Of a stretch of DNA of 64,000 nt, positions 10,301-18,524 are shown piece by piece. The DNA is from Candidatus Poseidoniales archaeon (GTDB lineage Archaea; Thermoplasmatota; Poseidoniia; Poseidoniales; Poseidoniaceae). The position numbers and the translations under genes were made by a program. The notes under the pieces are model-generated. The model ran no database searches, was not told the origin of the DNA, and was given only the letters and a program-made list of their open reading frames with translations. The stretch is taken from contig QQRY01000059.1 of assembly GCA_003602575.1 (NCBI GenBank), positions 145 to 64,144 of the forward strand, in the 5' to 3' direction. Each line of letters starts with the position of its first letter. The stretch's first letter is position 1.

Positions 10301-10753
10301 AGTCTCGAGGAAGAATCGGTTGAAGAGGCTGTTGAAGAAGAATCAACAGAAGCTGAAGCCTCTGATGAAGAAACACCAAAGGTCACTTGGAGAGAAGATG
10401 TATTGCTAAGAGTCATGAAGGCTAGCGGCATTGAAGACAGAGATGCATTCATTGCTCATGCTGTAAACTTCGACCATGATGATAATGGCTACTTGAAGAA
10501 GGCTGAACTTGAAGACGCTGCTAAAGCTTGGAATGAAGCTAACTCTGAAGAATCTTCAGAAACAGAAGAAGGTGAGGAAGTGTCTGAAGAATCCACTGAA
10601 GAGGAAGCTTCTAGTGAATCAGAGGAAGCAACAAATGATGATTCAGCCGATGAAGAATCTGGAGAATCAGAAGAGAAGCAATGTCCTATTTGTTCTATAA
10701 TGTGTCCTAAAGACGCAAAAACTTGCTCGGCTTGTTCATTTGCCTTTATTTGA
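7358..10753 (+). CDS. Large cytoplasmic protein: Pro/Met tandem repeats, beta-sandwich (DUF11 or mu-homology-like) domains, EF-hand, acidic linkers, C-terminal Zn ribbon
   Basis: GGAGG SD before ATG 7358; no signal peptide or TM; DHDDNGYLKKAE EF-hand loop; CPIC...CSAC at the C-terminus. Confidence 0.8.
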   Translation: MSDEKPPMPEMPPMPPMNAPPAPPGMPPMDAPPAPPGMPPMPGMPPMDAPPTPPGMPPMDAPPAPPGMPPMDAPPAPPMPGMPPMDAPPAPPMPGMPPMDAPPAPPMPEMPPMDAPPAPPMPEMPPMDAPPAPPGMPPMDAPPAPPMPEMPPMDAPPAPPEMPPMDAPPAPPMPGMPPMDAPPAPPMPEMPPMDAPPAPPEMPPMDAPPAPPGMPPMDAPPAPPDMPPMDAPPAPPEMESNDETDVSEESDILTDLSAPPAPPMPEMPPMDAPPAPPMPPMDALPAADALLAPPAPPVEETSAADLLLAPPAPPSMPPMDAPPAPPAADALLSPPLPPATVEGDSEETEDMTPDEQIGEQAGATIRSRAEVDEVPGDKLEGTLHEVEKATLNSDGEIIKQTVKGTLTINNPSSDDRIYDIDVILDNADSTDIGGDHVSVDELEAGKKYSMKYKVDGMRMLVLREHLDTNPARSQERSLSVANGPDGGPLALEIEVENVSNVTIDNVEVTRHIPSEMSFENSGDAVIEDGNMTWSVGSLSAGEKKSLSIEGKITVTGTKTINAGSASATYTANSTLSSLNFRELDAFCRGFTYMRVREDERPDNWLCKTIFENRSSFAVDLVKLQVTMKGSNELLFDISDVDDDVLPNGKWESDERTVEATSEPDFTYDLSYTILPRAVRSTEGSISLEESSFDILEADVEKKYSTTGLRSYRSQKVGASLKLTNSGSSTINLMRITDDVPGLFDAPDLESMRISIGGKELEPEQYKAEVSSGITLEKEHRSPDGDGHTLTLTIGTRGPLGLTPGDDISIEYDLIAPDPSPENKIVVAPLRTEFSAERFGPVCSRDCSNPPSLKVIHHRRDFSAGKQAIPLGGKGRYEVLILFENNGDTALQDVYINDVIPSNFEIKDWHIKGTGGKRDDCEMTSEDGDDGAHVSWMIPIVGKNERLEVSFEIKGSGEVDAEALNRFHGVHFGDEVETEDVPSLEEESVEEAVEEESTEAEASDEETPKVTWREDVLLRVMKASGIEDRDAFIAHAVNFDHDDNGYLKKAELEDAAKAWNEANSEESSETEEGEEVSEESTEEEASSESEEATNDDSADEESGESEEKQCPICSIMCPKDAKTCSACSFAFI
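7400..8070 (+). repeat. Coding tandem repeat, ~17 units of 36-42 bp encoding PPMDAPPAPP(G/E/D/MPG/MPE)M; degenerate copies continue to ~8370
   Basis: Repeated (atg)ccacctatgga(c/t)gc(t/a)ccacctgcacc with variation mostly at wobble positions. Confidence 0.95.
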
Positions 10754-10765
10754 TTAGTATTAAAA

Positions 10766-11188
10766 TCAAATTTCTGGAAGAACCCATTGAGGCCAGAACT
10801 CATTTTCTGAAGAGGAACTGACTATCACCAGTGTAGGTCTATTTAATTCTGATAAAAACTGATCAAGTGGTTTTGGAGTAGATGGAGGAATTACTCCATC
10901 TCTCAAATCGACTGCAAGCCAAGCGCCCGGATATTGCTCCATCCATGCATCTAGTTCAGCAACTATACCTTGTGGTGGAACTCCTTGGCGAACACTAGCG
11001 ATATAATCCCAGCCACTAGGGCAACGCCTTGCTTCATCTGTCCACATAAATATTCGAGGTTGTTGCTTTAGCATAGCAATTTGTTCAATAGCTTCTAGTT
11101 CAGTTACACAAACCGGTTGAAAAGGCATTGGCATAGGTAGAGGATAACGCCAATTTGAATCTACTTGAAGCGGTTCTTTGCGTCGCAT
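10766..11188 (-). CDS. Hypothetical protein
   Basis: 140-aa ORF filling the gap between genes, protein-like composition. Confidence 0.7.
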   Translation of the reverse strand: MRRKEPLQVDSNWRYPLPMPMPFQPVCVTELEAIEQIAMLKQQPRIFMWTDEARRCPSGWDYIASVRQGVPPQGIVAELDAWMEQYPGAWLAVDLRDGVIPPSTPKPLDQFLSELNRPTLVIVSSSSENEFWPQWVLPEI

Positions 11189-11300
11189 GGATTAGTCTAA
11201 GAGGGTTTAGCGTTTCAAACTCACCCCTTATAGTTCATATTGGCAATTTAGGGTATTTTTGAACCCAACATTCATGCCCTCTATGCTCTGCCCATCATCT

Positions 11301-12236
11301 ATGTCAAGTGGGAATAACCCGCCTCCACCTCAACCGCCAGGCGGTTCGATGATGATGATGCTCCTGATTATGGTCTTGATGACACTGCTGATCATGAATC
11401 CTGGAATTAGAGGTACACTTGGTGGAATTGCTGACCCAGTACTATCTCCAGTTCTACCTGAAGAAACTTATTTCATAATCACTGTACTAATGCTGGGTTC
11501 ATTTTCTATGCTAATGAATACAATTCTACGTAGCTTTTTCCAAGACCCAATAGCACAAGCACATATCGGTCACAGGCAGGGTCAAGTACGAAAAATGATG
11601 AATGATGCTCGTATGTCAAGAGACCCAATTCTCCAAGAAAAAGCAACTCTACTTCAGCAACAGATGATGCCAGAACAACTGAAAATACAAATGGGTGCTA
11701 TGAAGCCAATGATGTTTACAATGGTCATAATCATTGGTCTATTCTCTTGGCTAACAACTGCGGTTGAGACATTTAGAGTGGATTATGTATCACTGCCTTG
11801 GTCTTCTGAATGGAATTTATTAACAGATAAATTCCTATTTTTCCCAGCATGGATTTGTGCATATATTTGCATGAGTGCGCCCCTTGGAAGAGTTGTTGAT
11901 AGACACATTAAACTATTCCGATATCGTTCACATCCACTTGTTGTAGCAGGAGATAAATTGAAAGAGCCACTTCTTCACTTAGTTGCAGGTAAAGCTAAGA
12001 GTGAAGATGAAAATGCAAAGCGTAGAAGGCAGAGAAGTAGGTCAAAATCTAATAGGAACAAGAATGGAAAGAAAAAATCAAACAAGTCTGAAGAAAAACC
12101 TTCTAATTCCAAAGAGAATAAATCAACTTACTCAAGCGCTGAAGGTTTAGAATGCCCTACGTGTGGTTCCGACCTCATAACAAAGAGTGGGCCTAGAGAC
12201 AAGAAGTGTACAGTTTGCCGCTATACATGGGTGTAG
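11301..12236 (+). CDS. EMC3/TMCO1 (DUF106, Oxa1-superfamily) membrane protein with basic tail and C-terminal Zn ribbon
   Basis: TM, coiled-coil, MKPMMFT, TM, WICAY pattern; sits before cmk as in the conserved archaeal cluster; start uncertain. Confidence 0.85.
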   Translation: MSSGNNPPPPQPPGGSMMMMLLIMVLMTLLIMNPGIRGTLGGIADPVLSPVLPEETYFIITVLMLGSFSMLMNTILRSFFQDPIAQAHIGHRQGQVRKMMNDARMSRDPILQEKATLLQQQMMPEQLKIQMGAMKPMMFTMVIIIGLFSWLTTAVETFRVDYVSLPWSSEWNLLTDKFLFFPAWICAYICMSAPLGRVVDRHIKLFRYRSHPLVVAGDKLKEPLLHLVAGKAKSEDENAKRRRQRSRSKSNRNKNGKKKSNKSEEKPSNSKENKSTYSSAEGLECPTCGSDLITKSGPRDKKCTVCRYTWV

Positions 12237-12238
12237 AC

Positions 12239-12769
12239 ATGGCAAAAATCACCATTTCAGGACATCCCGGCAGTGGTACAAGTTCTCTAGTTCAAAAACT
12301 GATGGAGCACTATGGTTGGGACTCTGTTAATGGTGGACAAATATTTCGTGATGAAGCAAAGGCTCGAAATCTTTCGCTGCAAGAGTTTGGTGAACTGTGT
12401 AAAGATGATGAAATGATTGACCGGCAATTAGATGAAAGACTGAAAGAAATTATTTCTGAAGATGTTGTTGAAATTGTTGAGTCCAGATTATCTGGATGGT
12501 GGGCGTTTAAGTTAGAAGAAAATTGCATCAGATTATGGCTAGACGTTAGTGACGAGGAAAGAGCAAATCGTGTTGTTAACCGAGAAGGTATATCTTTTGA
12601 ACAGGCACTAAGCGAAAATTCAGAGCGAGCAAAAATAGATTCACAACGATATATGCGAATGTATGGCCTTGACCCTGAACAAAAACAACCATACACACAT
12701 GTATTAGATGCGACACACATTGGAATAGACGAAGTGTTTAAACTGACTCTAGAAATTTTGGAGGGATGA
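12239..12769 (+). CDS. cmk: Archaeal cytidylate kinase
   Basis: ITISGHPGSGTSS, GQIFR, ESRLSGW. Confidence 0.92.
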   Translation: MAKITISGHPGSGTSSLVQKLMEHYGWDSVNGGQIFRDEAKARNLSLQEFGELCKDDEMIDRQLDERLKEIISEDVVEIVESRLSGWWAFKLEENCIRLWLDVSDEERANRVVNREGISFEQALSENSERAKIDSQRYMRMYGLDPEQKQPYTHVLDATHIGIDEVFKLTLEILEG

Positions 12770-13743
12770 TTTTGGCAAGACTGATTCTTGATTCTGAAGC
12801 AAAAACAAATAATGCAATCGGAGGCCATCCTGACTCGAGGAATGTAGAACAAAGACTTGCTTCAGGATTCATTCTGCTAGACAAACCAGCAGGACCTACT
12901 TCACATCAAGTAGCTTCGTGGGTCAGAGACCTGTTTGGTCTGGAAAGACTCGGACATGGTGGTACACTCGATCCTTTCGCCACAGGAGTTTTACCACTCC
13001 TTGCGGGTAAGTCGATGAAAGTGACCAAGAAGGTCTTAACTCATGATAAAACGTATATTGCCGTTTTTAGATGTGCTCAAGAACCCGATGAAGAAAAACT
13101 CAATTCTGCTATGAAAAGATTAACTGGTCGCGTATACAATGTCCCACCAGAGATTTCTGCTGTTAAGGTTCAAGTTAGGACTAGAAAAATATCTAATTTC
13201 GAAATGATTGAACGTAACGGCAAAGATTTTCTAACCCGTGTCGACTGTGAATCAGGAACCTATATTCGAACAATGGCTCGTGATTTAGGTCTGCTTCTTG
13301 GATATAAGGTTGAACTCAAAGAATTGAGAAGGGAAAAGTCTGGCAGATTTGAATTGTCCAAATGTGTAACATTACAAGAGGTTGCTGATGCTTACTGGTT
13401 ATGGAAAGAATGCGATAAGCCTGACGCTTTGCTTAAGATGATTCACCCTGTAGAAAAATTAGTTCTCGATATGCCTTCCGCCCATGTCAAAGATAGTGCG
13501 GCTGCAGCAATTGCTCATGGAGCACCACTACTTAGGCCAGGTATTGTTGAGATCGATGATAAAGTTTTGAATGGAAAGGAATTAGCAATTTTCACATTGA
13601 AAGATGAATTGGTTGGAATAGTTACACTAACCGTAGACTCAAATCAATTACCAAATATGGATTCTGGAGAAGTAGCAAGACCTAGTATGGTCTTACTTGA
13701 ACAAGACCTGTACCCTCGAAGATGGAGTGTACAAGATAAGTGA
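12766..13743 (+). CDS. cbf5: H/ACA RNA-guided pseudouridine synthase Cbf5 (TruB family) with PUA domain
   Basis: LDKPAGPTSH, GHGGTLDP, GTYIRT, GAPLLRPGI. Confidence 0.95.
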   Translation: MILARLILDSEAKTNNAIGGHPDSRNVEQRLASGFILLDKPAGPTSHQVASWVRDLFGLERLGHGGTLDPFATGVLPLLAGKSMKVTKKVLTHDKTYIAVFRCAQEPDEEKLNSAMKRLTGRVYNVPPEISAVKVQVRTRKISNFEMIERNGKDFLTRVDCESGTYIRTMARDLGLLLGYKVELKELRREKSGRFELSKCVTLQEVADAYWLWKECDKPDALLKMIHPVEKLVLDMPSAHVKDSAAAAIAHGAPLLRPGIVEIDDKVLNGKELAIFTLKDELVGIVTLTVDSNQLPNMDSGEVARPSMVLLEQDLYPRRWSVQDK

Positions 13744-13809
13744 TCAAGCTTCTTCAAATTCTTCATAAATATATTCTTCTGTTTCTATTCTTATTTTCAA
13801 TACAGACAT
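13744..13809 (-). CDS. Candidate 21-aa micro-protein MSVLKIRIETEEYIYEEFEEA
   Basis: ATG to TGA, preceded by G-rich GGGTGTGGGA; stop abuts the cbf5 stop. Confidence 0.3.
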   Translation of the reverse strand: MSVLKIRIETEEYIYEEFEEA

Positions 13810-13950
13810 GTTCCCACACCCACTTTGTCAACCTAAGTTGAACGACCCCCACAGTCTCAAAGTAATATCTCGTTTTACGTTCTACCTATCAATGTTAAGG
13901 TGTATTTTCGCGTTATCCGACATAGCATATCGGAAATAATTTAATTCTAA

Positions 13951-16344
13951 TCAATTGATTTTCCTGATTTTTGGAGGCGTTAGTAAAGTGAAAAGTCCTA
14001 TGATTATTACTAATACAATAATAGTGATAATCCATACCGATGAGCCAGATATCTCGAATCCACTCGATGTAGAATCTGATTCCTTCTCTTCTAGTACTTG
14101 TACAATAATTTCGGCTTGATTATTATCTTCATTTCCTTCGACAATATCGCCTCCTCGATCTATTTCAACACTAATTGTTGCAGATTGAATGCTTTCCGGA
14201 ACTTGCCATTCACATGTTACTACAGCAAGTTCTCCAGGTAAAAGAATCGAGATAGTTTGAATATCTACTAAATCTACACCTTGCTGGCATCTAACTGAGA
14301 TTAAAGTAGCCTCTGCATCACCATTGTTTCTAACATAAACACTGATTGGAATGATATCTCTATGATAAATTTCTTTATCTGTAACTACTATTTCTTCTAT
14401 TTCTAAATCTGGCAAAGATTGAACCTCAAGATCTAATATTCTTTGAGCACAGGTAGTCTGGTCACAGATATTAATCTCAACCGGGACAATTGAACCAGGA
14501 GTTGGAGCAATGACTGTTATGTAACCGGTGTCAAGGTCGATAGTAGCCCAACTTTTATTGGTATATGCAGTCAATCCTGTTGAATCAATATCACTGTATG
14601 TGAATGGCACCAGTGTGGAAACTGCTAATTCTACAGGAACAACTGCGGGGAATTCATTTAGCACTGGAGAATCATCGACAGAGTCTATAATTACAATGAA
14701 AGTTTCTTGCCATTGATTGCCTGCTTGATCGCTAACAGTAGTCAATACAGTGGTTGTTCCAGATGCTTCAGATTTGAGTAATATTCTTATGTCATCTTGA
14801 GAAATATCAACCGAAATCAAAGATTCATTTTCAATACTAAAGTCAATCGCTAAATTTTCATGGCTTGTTCTATCATCAACACAACCATTAACAAAAGGAA
14901 TTAGTTTTCCTCCTCCATCTTCTAAAAAGTGTTGAGTGCCAATCAAGTTACAAGTGGGGTCTTCATCCCATTCTAAATCAAATCCTCCAGTTACAGAGAT
15001 ACTAGAAATTTCAAGAGCAGTAGTACTTGAAGTTCCATTCGAATCCCAGTTAAACCAAGCTCTGATTCTCACTTCAATACTATCTGAATTAGAGTCAAGA
15101 TACTGCCCTATGGGTAAATCAAGATTGAAACTACCTAATTGAGCAATAGATTGGTAAGCCACTTCTTGGTTATTGACAAATACTTTCCATCTAGAGTTGG
15201 CAGTGGATAGACCATCCAAACTACCAAAAATTCTACCGTCTATTTTGAGAGAGGGATTATTGTAATCAGCTGAAATTCCTGAAACACATGAGTCGGTACT
15301 AGTGATTTTTATCTTTACAAATTGCTCTTCGACAAGTCCATGATTGGTTAGGGCGCTAAATTCAGAAAATGACACACCATCTGTCGAAGAAGAAACTTCC
15401 ATGACAACATCATCAATGCTAGAATCATCGAGTGAATAATGAACTCTTCCGATGGTTTGACTTGGTGGAGCCTCAATTATCTCACTTGTCCATGAACCTG
15501 ATGCACCAGAAACACTTGGTGATAGCCCGCATTGGGCAACGGCCATATTGTCATTAGTTCCGTTTGAGAGGTCGATTTGGACGATTGGCATTGAGTGCCC
15601 AGAAAAAATAGATGTCGAAGATGCCCACTCACTACCATACCATGGATATTTCACAACTACCTCGATTCCTAATGCATCGACGTCTAATCTGGAATCATCT
15701 GTCGAGCCTACAGAGACATAATCTAAATCAATTTCAATATCTTCAATCATTTGCCAATTCCAATTAGAAATGGAAGTTACATTCTTTGTCCATAGACTGC
15801 CATTCATGTAGTCAATTGAACTTTGAGTATTAACATAAGTAACTAAGTTTTCATAATTATCATCATATTTCATAGTAATTTGGACTTGATCTTGCTCTAA
15901 CTTATCAGGAATATGAAATGCTGCAACAACAGATACTGAAACTAATTCATAAGAACTCATACTGGAAACATCAAATGTATCTAACTCGATTATAGGCCCC
16001 GCTGTATAGGTATATTGCTGGTCTGGAGCGCCTGTTGAGAGGTTCGAATTGGTAGGTGAATTACTTGCCCAAGTAGTCAAAGACTGAAAGTTATCAGGTC
16101 GACTATGAAGCAAAGTCATTCGGTCATCTGCAACCATTGACTCTGTATATTCGGCATTAAGTGTTAGGAAAGATACTCCTGAGTCTGATTGCCAAAGGCC
16201 TGAATCTGAAAAATCTCCCTGAGGGAATAAATCGAAATTAGAAACTGAGTGGACACTTCTAGCACTTGAATGACCGACTAACGGCATAAAAAGCAATATT
16301 ACCAAAAAGGAAACTATCGAAATCCGCTTGTATTTCTCGCCCAT
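13951..16344 (-). CDS. Secreted, C-terminally anchored surface protein with Ig-like repeats and CARDB domain
   Basis: Signal peptide; PDLEIEEI...VRNNG...IVEGNEDNNQA (CARDB); C-terminal TM plus basic tail. Confidence 0.8.
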   Translation of the reverse strand: MGEKYKRISIVSFLVILLFMPLVGHSSARSVHSVSNFDLFPQGDFSDSGLWQSDSGVSFLTLNAEYTESMVADDRMTLLHSRPDNFQSLTTWASNSPTNSNLSTGAPDQQYTYTAGPIIELDTFDVSSMSSYELVSVSVVAAFHIPDKLEQDQVQITMKYDDNYENLVTYVNTQSSIDYMNGSLWTKNVTSISNWNWQMIEDIEIDLDYVSVGSTDDSRLDVDALGIEVVVKYPWYGSEWASSTSIFSGHSMPIVQIDLSNGTNDNMAVAQCGLSPSVSGASGSWTSEIIEAPPSQTIGRVHYSLDDSSIDDVVMEVSSSTDGVSFSEFSALTNHGLVEEQFVKIKITSTDSCVSGISADYNNPSLKIDGRIFGSLDGLSTANSRWKVFVNNQEVAYQSIAQLGSFNLDLPIGQYLDSNSDSIEVRIRAWFNWDSNGTSSTTALEISSISVTGGFDLEWDEDPTCNLIGTQHFLEDGGGKLIPFVNGCVDDRTSHENLAIDFSIENESLISVDISQDDIRILLKSEASGTTTVLTTVSDQAGNQWQETFIVIIDSVDDSPVLNEFPAVVPVELAVSTLVPFTYSDIDSTGLTAYTNKSWATIDLDTGYITVIAPTPGSIVPVEINICDQTTCAQRILDLEVQSLPDLEIEEIVVTDKEIYHRDIIPISVYVRNNGDAEATLISVRCQQGVDLVDIQTISILLPGELAVVTCEWQVPESIQSATISVEIDRGGDIVEGNEDNNQAEIIVQVLEEKESDSTSSGFEISGSSVWIITIIVLVIIIGLFTLLTPPKIRKIN

Positions 16345-16472
16345 ATAATAGCGACATTATCGATAACTATTGAATGCAAGGGTAAAAAGATTAATTATTT
16401 GCAGATAATTAAACTCGTTATGTTTAGCGGATTATTGAAATACCAAGCACTTGAGGCCACATATACCCTGAT

Positions 16473-16545
16473 GGCTGTGATGGTGTAGGGGTTAGCACGA
16501 CAGATTGTGGTTCTGTCAGCCCGAGTTCGATTCTCGGTCACGGCC
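16473..16545 (+). tRNA. tRNA-His (GTG) with genomically encoded G-1
   Basis: G-GCTGTGA...ACAGA-TTGTGGT-TCTGT...GTTCGATT...TCACGGC-C cloverleaf; C73 discriminator. Confidence 0.95.
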
Positions 16546-16554
16546 CTCCTTTGA

Positions 16555-17187
16555 TTATTCCAGTTTATCTTTTTCTATAGAATGACCCATACGGTCAACT
16601 TTAGTTTCAAGATAGGAACGATTAGAATCTCCAACACCGACAACTAATGGAACTCTTTCATACACATCTATACCGTATTCTTTTAGTTGGTTTATCTTGT
16701 TAGGATTATTTGTTAATAGACTAACTTTGTCTATTTTTAATGACTCCAACATCGATGCAGCAATCTTGTAATCTCTATTATCTGCTGGAAGTCCTAACAT
16801 AAGATTTGCATCAAGAGTATCAGCACCTAGATCTTGAAGCCTATATGCCTGGATTTTGGCATGAAGACCTATGCCTCTGCCTTCCTGTCTGAGATATAGT
16901 AAACATCCCCATCCCTTGTCAGAAATCGCTTTTAACGCTGCATGTAATTGAGGTCCACAATCACACCTGAGGCTTGTGAAAGCATCACCAGTCAGACATT
17001 CGGAATGAACTCGAACCAGTACAGGATCTGGGCCTTCCATTTCTCCTAAAGTCAAGGCGACATGGTCAAAGCCAGTCGACGCTTCATTGAATACTCTTAT
17101 TTTGAATTCACCAAAGGCGGTAGGTAATTTAGCTTCACTAGGAATTGAAGAAACTTCTACAACATTGATCTCATCACTTTTCGTCAT
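16555..17187 (-). CDS. ribA: GTP cyclohydrolase II (bacterial-type)
   Basis: [31 protein letters not shown]. Confidence 0.95.
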   Translation of the reverse strand: MTKSDEINVVEVSSIPSEAKLPTAFGEFKIRVFNEASTGFDHVALTLGEMEGPDPVLVRVHSECLTGDAFTSLRCDCGPQLHAALKAISDKGWGCLLYLRQEGRGIGLHAKIQAYRLQDLGADTLDANLMLGLPADNRDYKIAASMLESLKIDKVSLLTNNPNKINQLKEYGIDVYERVPLVVGVGDSNRSYLETKVDRMGHSIEKDKLE

Positions 17188-17435
17188 TAATTCACCTCTA
17201 TTATAAATCTGAATTCTCCAGATTGATCATTTATGATTTTCATTGAGTGCGGCAATCTTTCAATGAGCATTGGAATATCATGAAGAGCCTCGGGGTCATC
17301 TGCAATAACCTCCAAAACGTCGCCTCTTTTCAAGTTCTTCAATGCCTTCTTGGTTTCAGCCAATGGCACTGGGCAAAAAAAACCTATGACATTTAATTGG
17401 TGTGAAATATTTAATTCTAAATCTATACTTGACAC
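17187..17435 (-). CDS. TusA/SirA-family sulfur carrier
   Basis: [22 protein letters not shown]; start probably GTG near 17435. Confidence 0.85.
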   Translation of the reverse strand: MSSIDLELNISHQLNVIGFFCPVPLAETKKALKNLKRGDVLEVIADDPEALHDIPMLIERLPHSMKIINDQSGEFRFIIEVN

Positions 17436-17549
17436 CCCCTTAACATCATAAGGGCATAAATTCTTGCATTTCAACCCATGCATCAGAAATATCGACATAA
17501 TAAATCCACCATACCTCATATTGATGAATAGATACTGCTACCGTTGTAC

Positions 17550-18524
17550 ATGGCCAATAACCAGACATCCCCTTCCGCAGCGGAAGATTTGTCATGGAGT
17601 GAAGTATTTGAACTTGGTAAAAAATATCTAAAAATACCATTGGCCCTAGTGTGCGTGGAACTTTTTTACTGGTTTATCACTCAGCCTTCAGATACTTTGG
17701 TTCCTATCCAAATGAGTGAAGCTTGGATTTGGAATGAATTAACAAATTTGATTTACGGAGAAGGGACTGCAACCCTTACTACTCATAATGGTTGGATGAC
17801 ACAGGTTAATCTCTACAATGCTAATTTCCCCGGAAGCCTGGATACAGTCGCATTGTACGTCTCTGATGAATGTGCAGGAGTTCATGAAATGATCTTTATT
17901 TCTACTCTCATAATTATGACTGAAGGAGTTCCACAAAAATTGAAGATACGCTCAGTAATGGTCATGTGTTCAATCGTCTACATTCTAAATATCATTAGGT
18001 TAGTCCTATTCTACCCAATTGCAGCATCCGACTGTCAAATTGACCCGAGCAATGCTGCTTGTCTTACAGGAATTTGGAATTACCACGAGGCTGTATACAA
18101 ATGGGGATTCTTACTATTGCTTGTAGTGATGTGGCTGGTTTGGTTTAGATTTGTTGGTGGCTCCTCAAAGGTCCTTAATTCAAAGAAAAATAAAGAAAAC
18201 TGGAGAATTGGAATTCGCTCAATTTGGGAAACAAAGCATTTCGTTGTAATTGGTTTTGTTATTATGATGATATGTTATGGGATTTTTAGTATTACAACCA
18301 ATGAAATCGCCATGGATGCAAAACAGACTCTAGATTTCTGCTCATTCTCCAACCAATTATCCTCAAGCAGTTGTATTGAAGCACAAAATAATTGGGACAA
18401 TGCAATTGATACCTCTTGGTCATTATCAGCAATTGGATTAGTTGTAGGAGCATTTACAGTTTTCAAATTTGAGAGAAAAAATACTGATGGGAAATGGCCA
18501 TCAGAAATTGATGAAGAAGAATAA
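17550..18524 (+). CDS. Archaeosortase/exosortase-family membrane protein
   Basis: VSDECAG (catalytic Cys), NIIRL (Arg), YHE (His) in a multi-TM protein. Confidence 0.85.
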   Translation: MANNQTSPSAAEDLSWSEVFELGKKYLKIPLALVCVELFYWFITQPSDTLVPIQMSEAWIWNELTNLIYGEGTATLTTHNGWMTQVNLYNANFPGSLDTVALYVSDECAGVHEMIFISTLIIMTEGVPQKLKIRSVMVMCSIVYILNIIRLVLFYPIAASDCQIDPSNAACLTGIWNYHEAVYKWGFLLLLVVMWLVWFRFVGGSSKVLNSKKNKENWRIGIRSIWETKHFVVIGFVIMMICYGIFSITTNEIAMDAKQTLDFCSFSNQLSSSSCIEAQNNWDNAIDTSWSLSAIGLVVGAFTVFKFERKNTDGKWPSEIDEEE

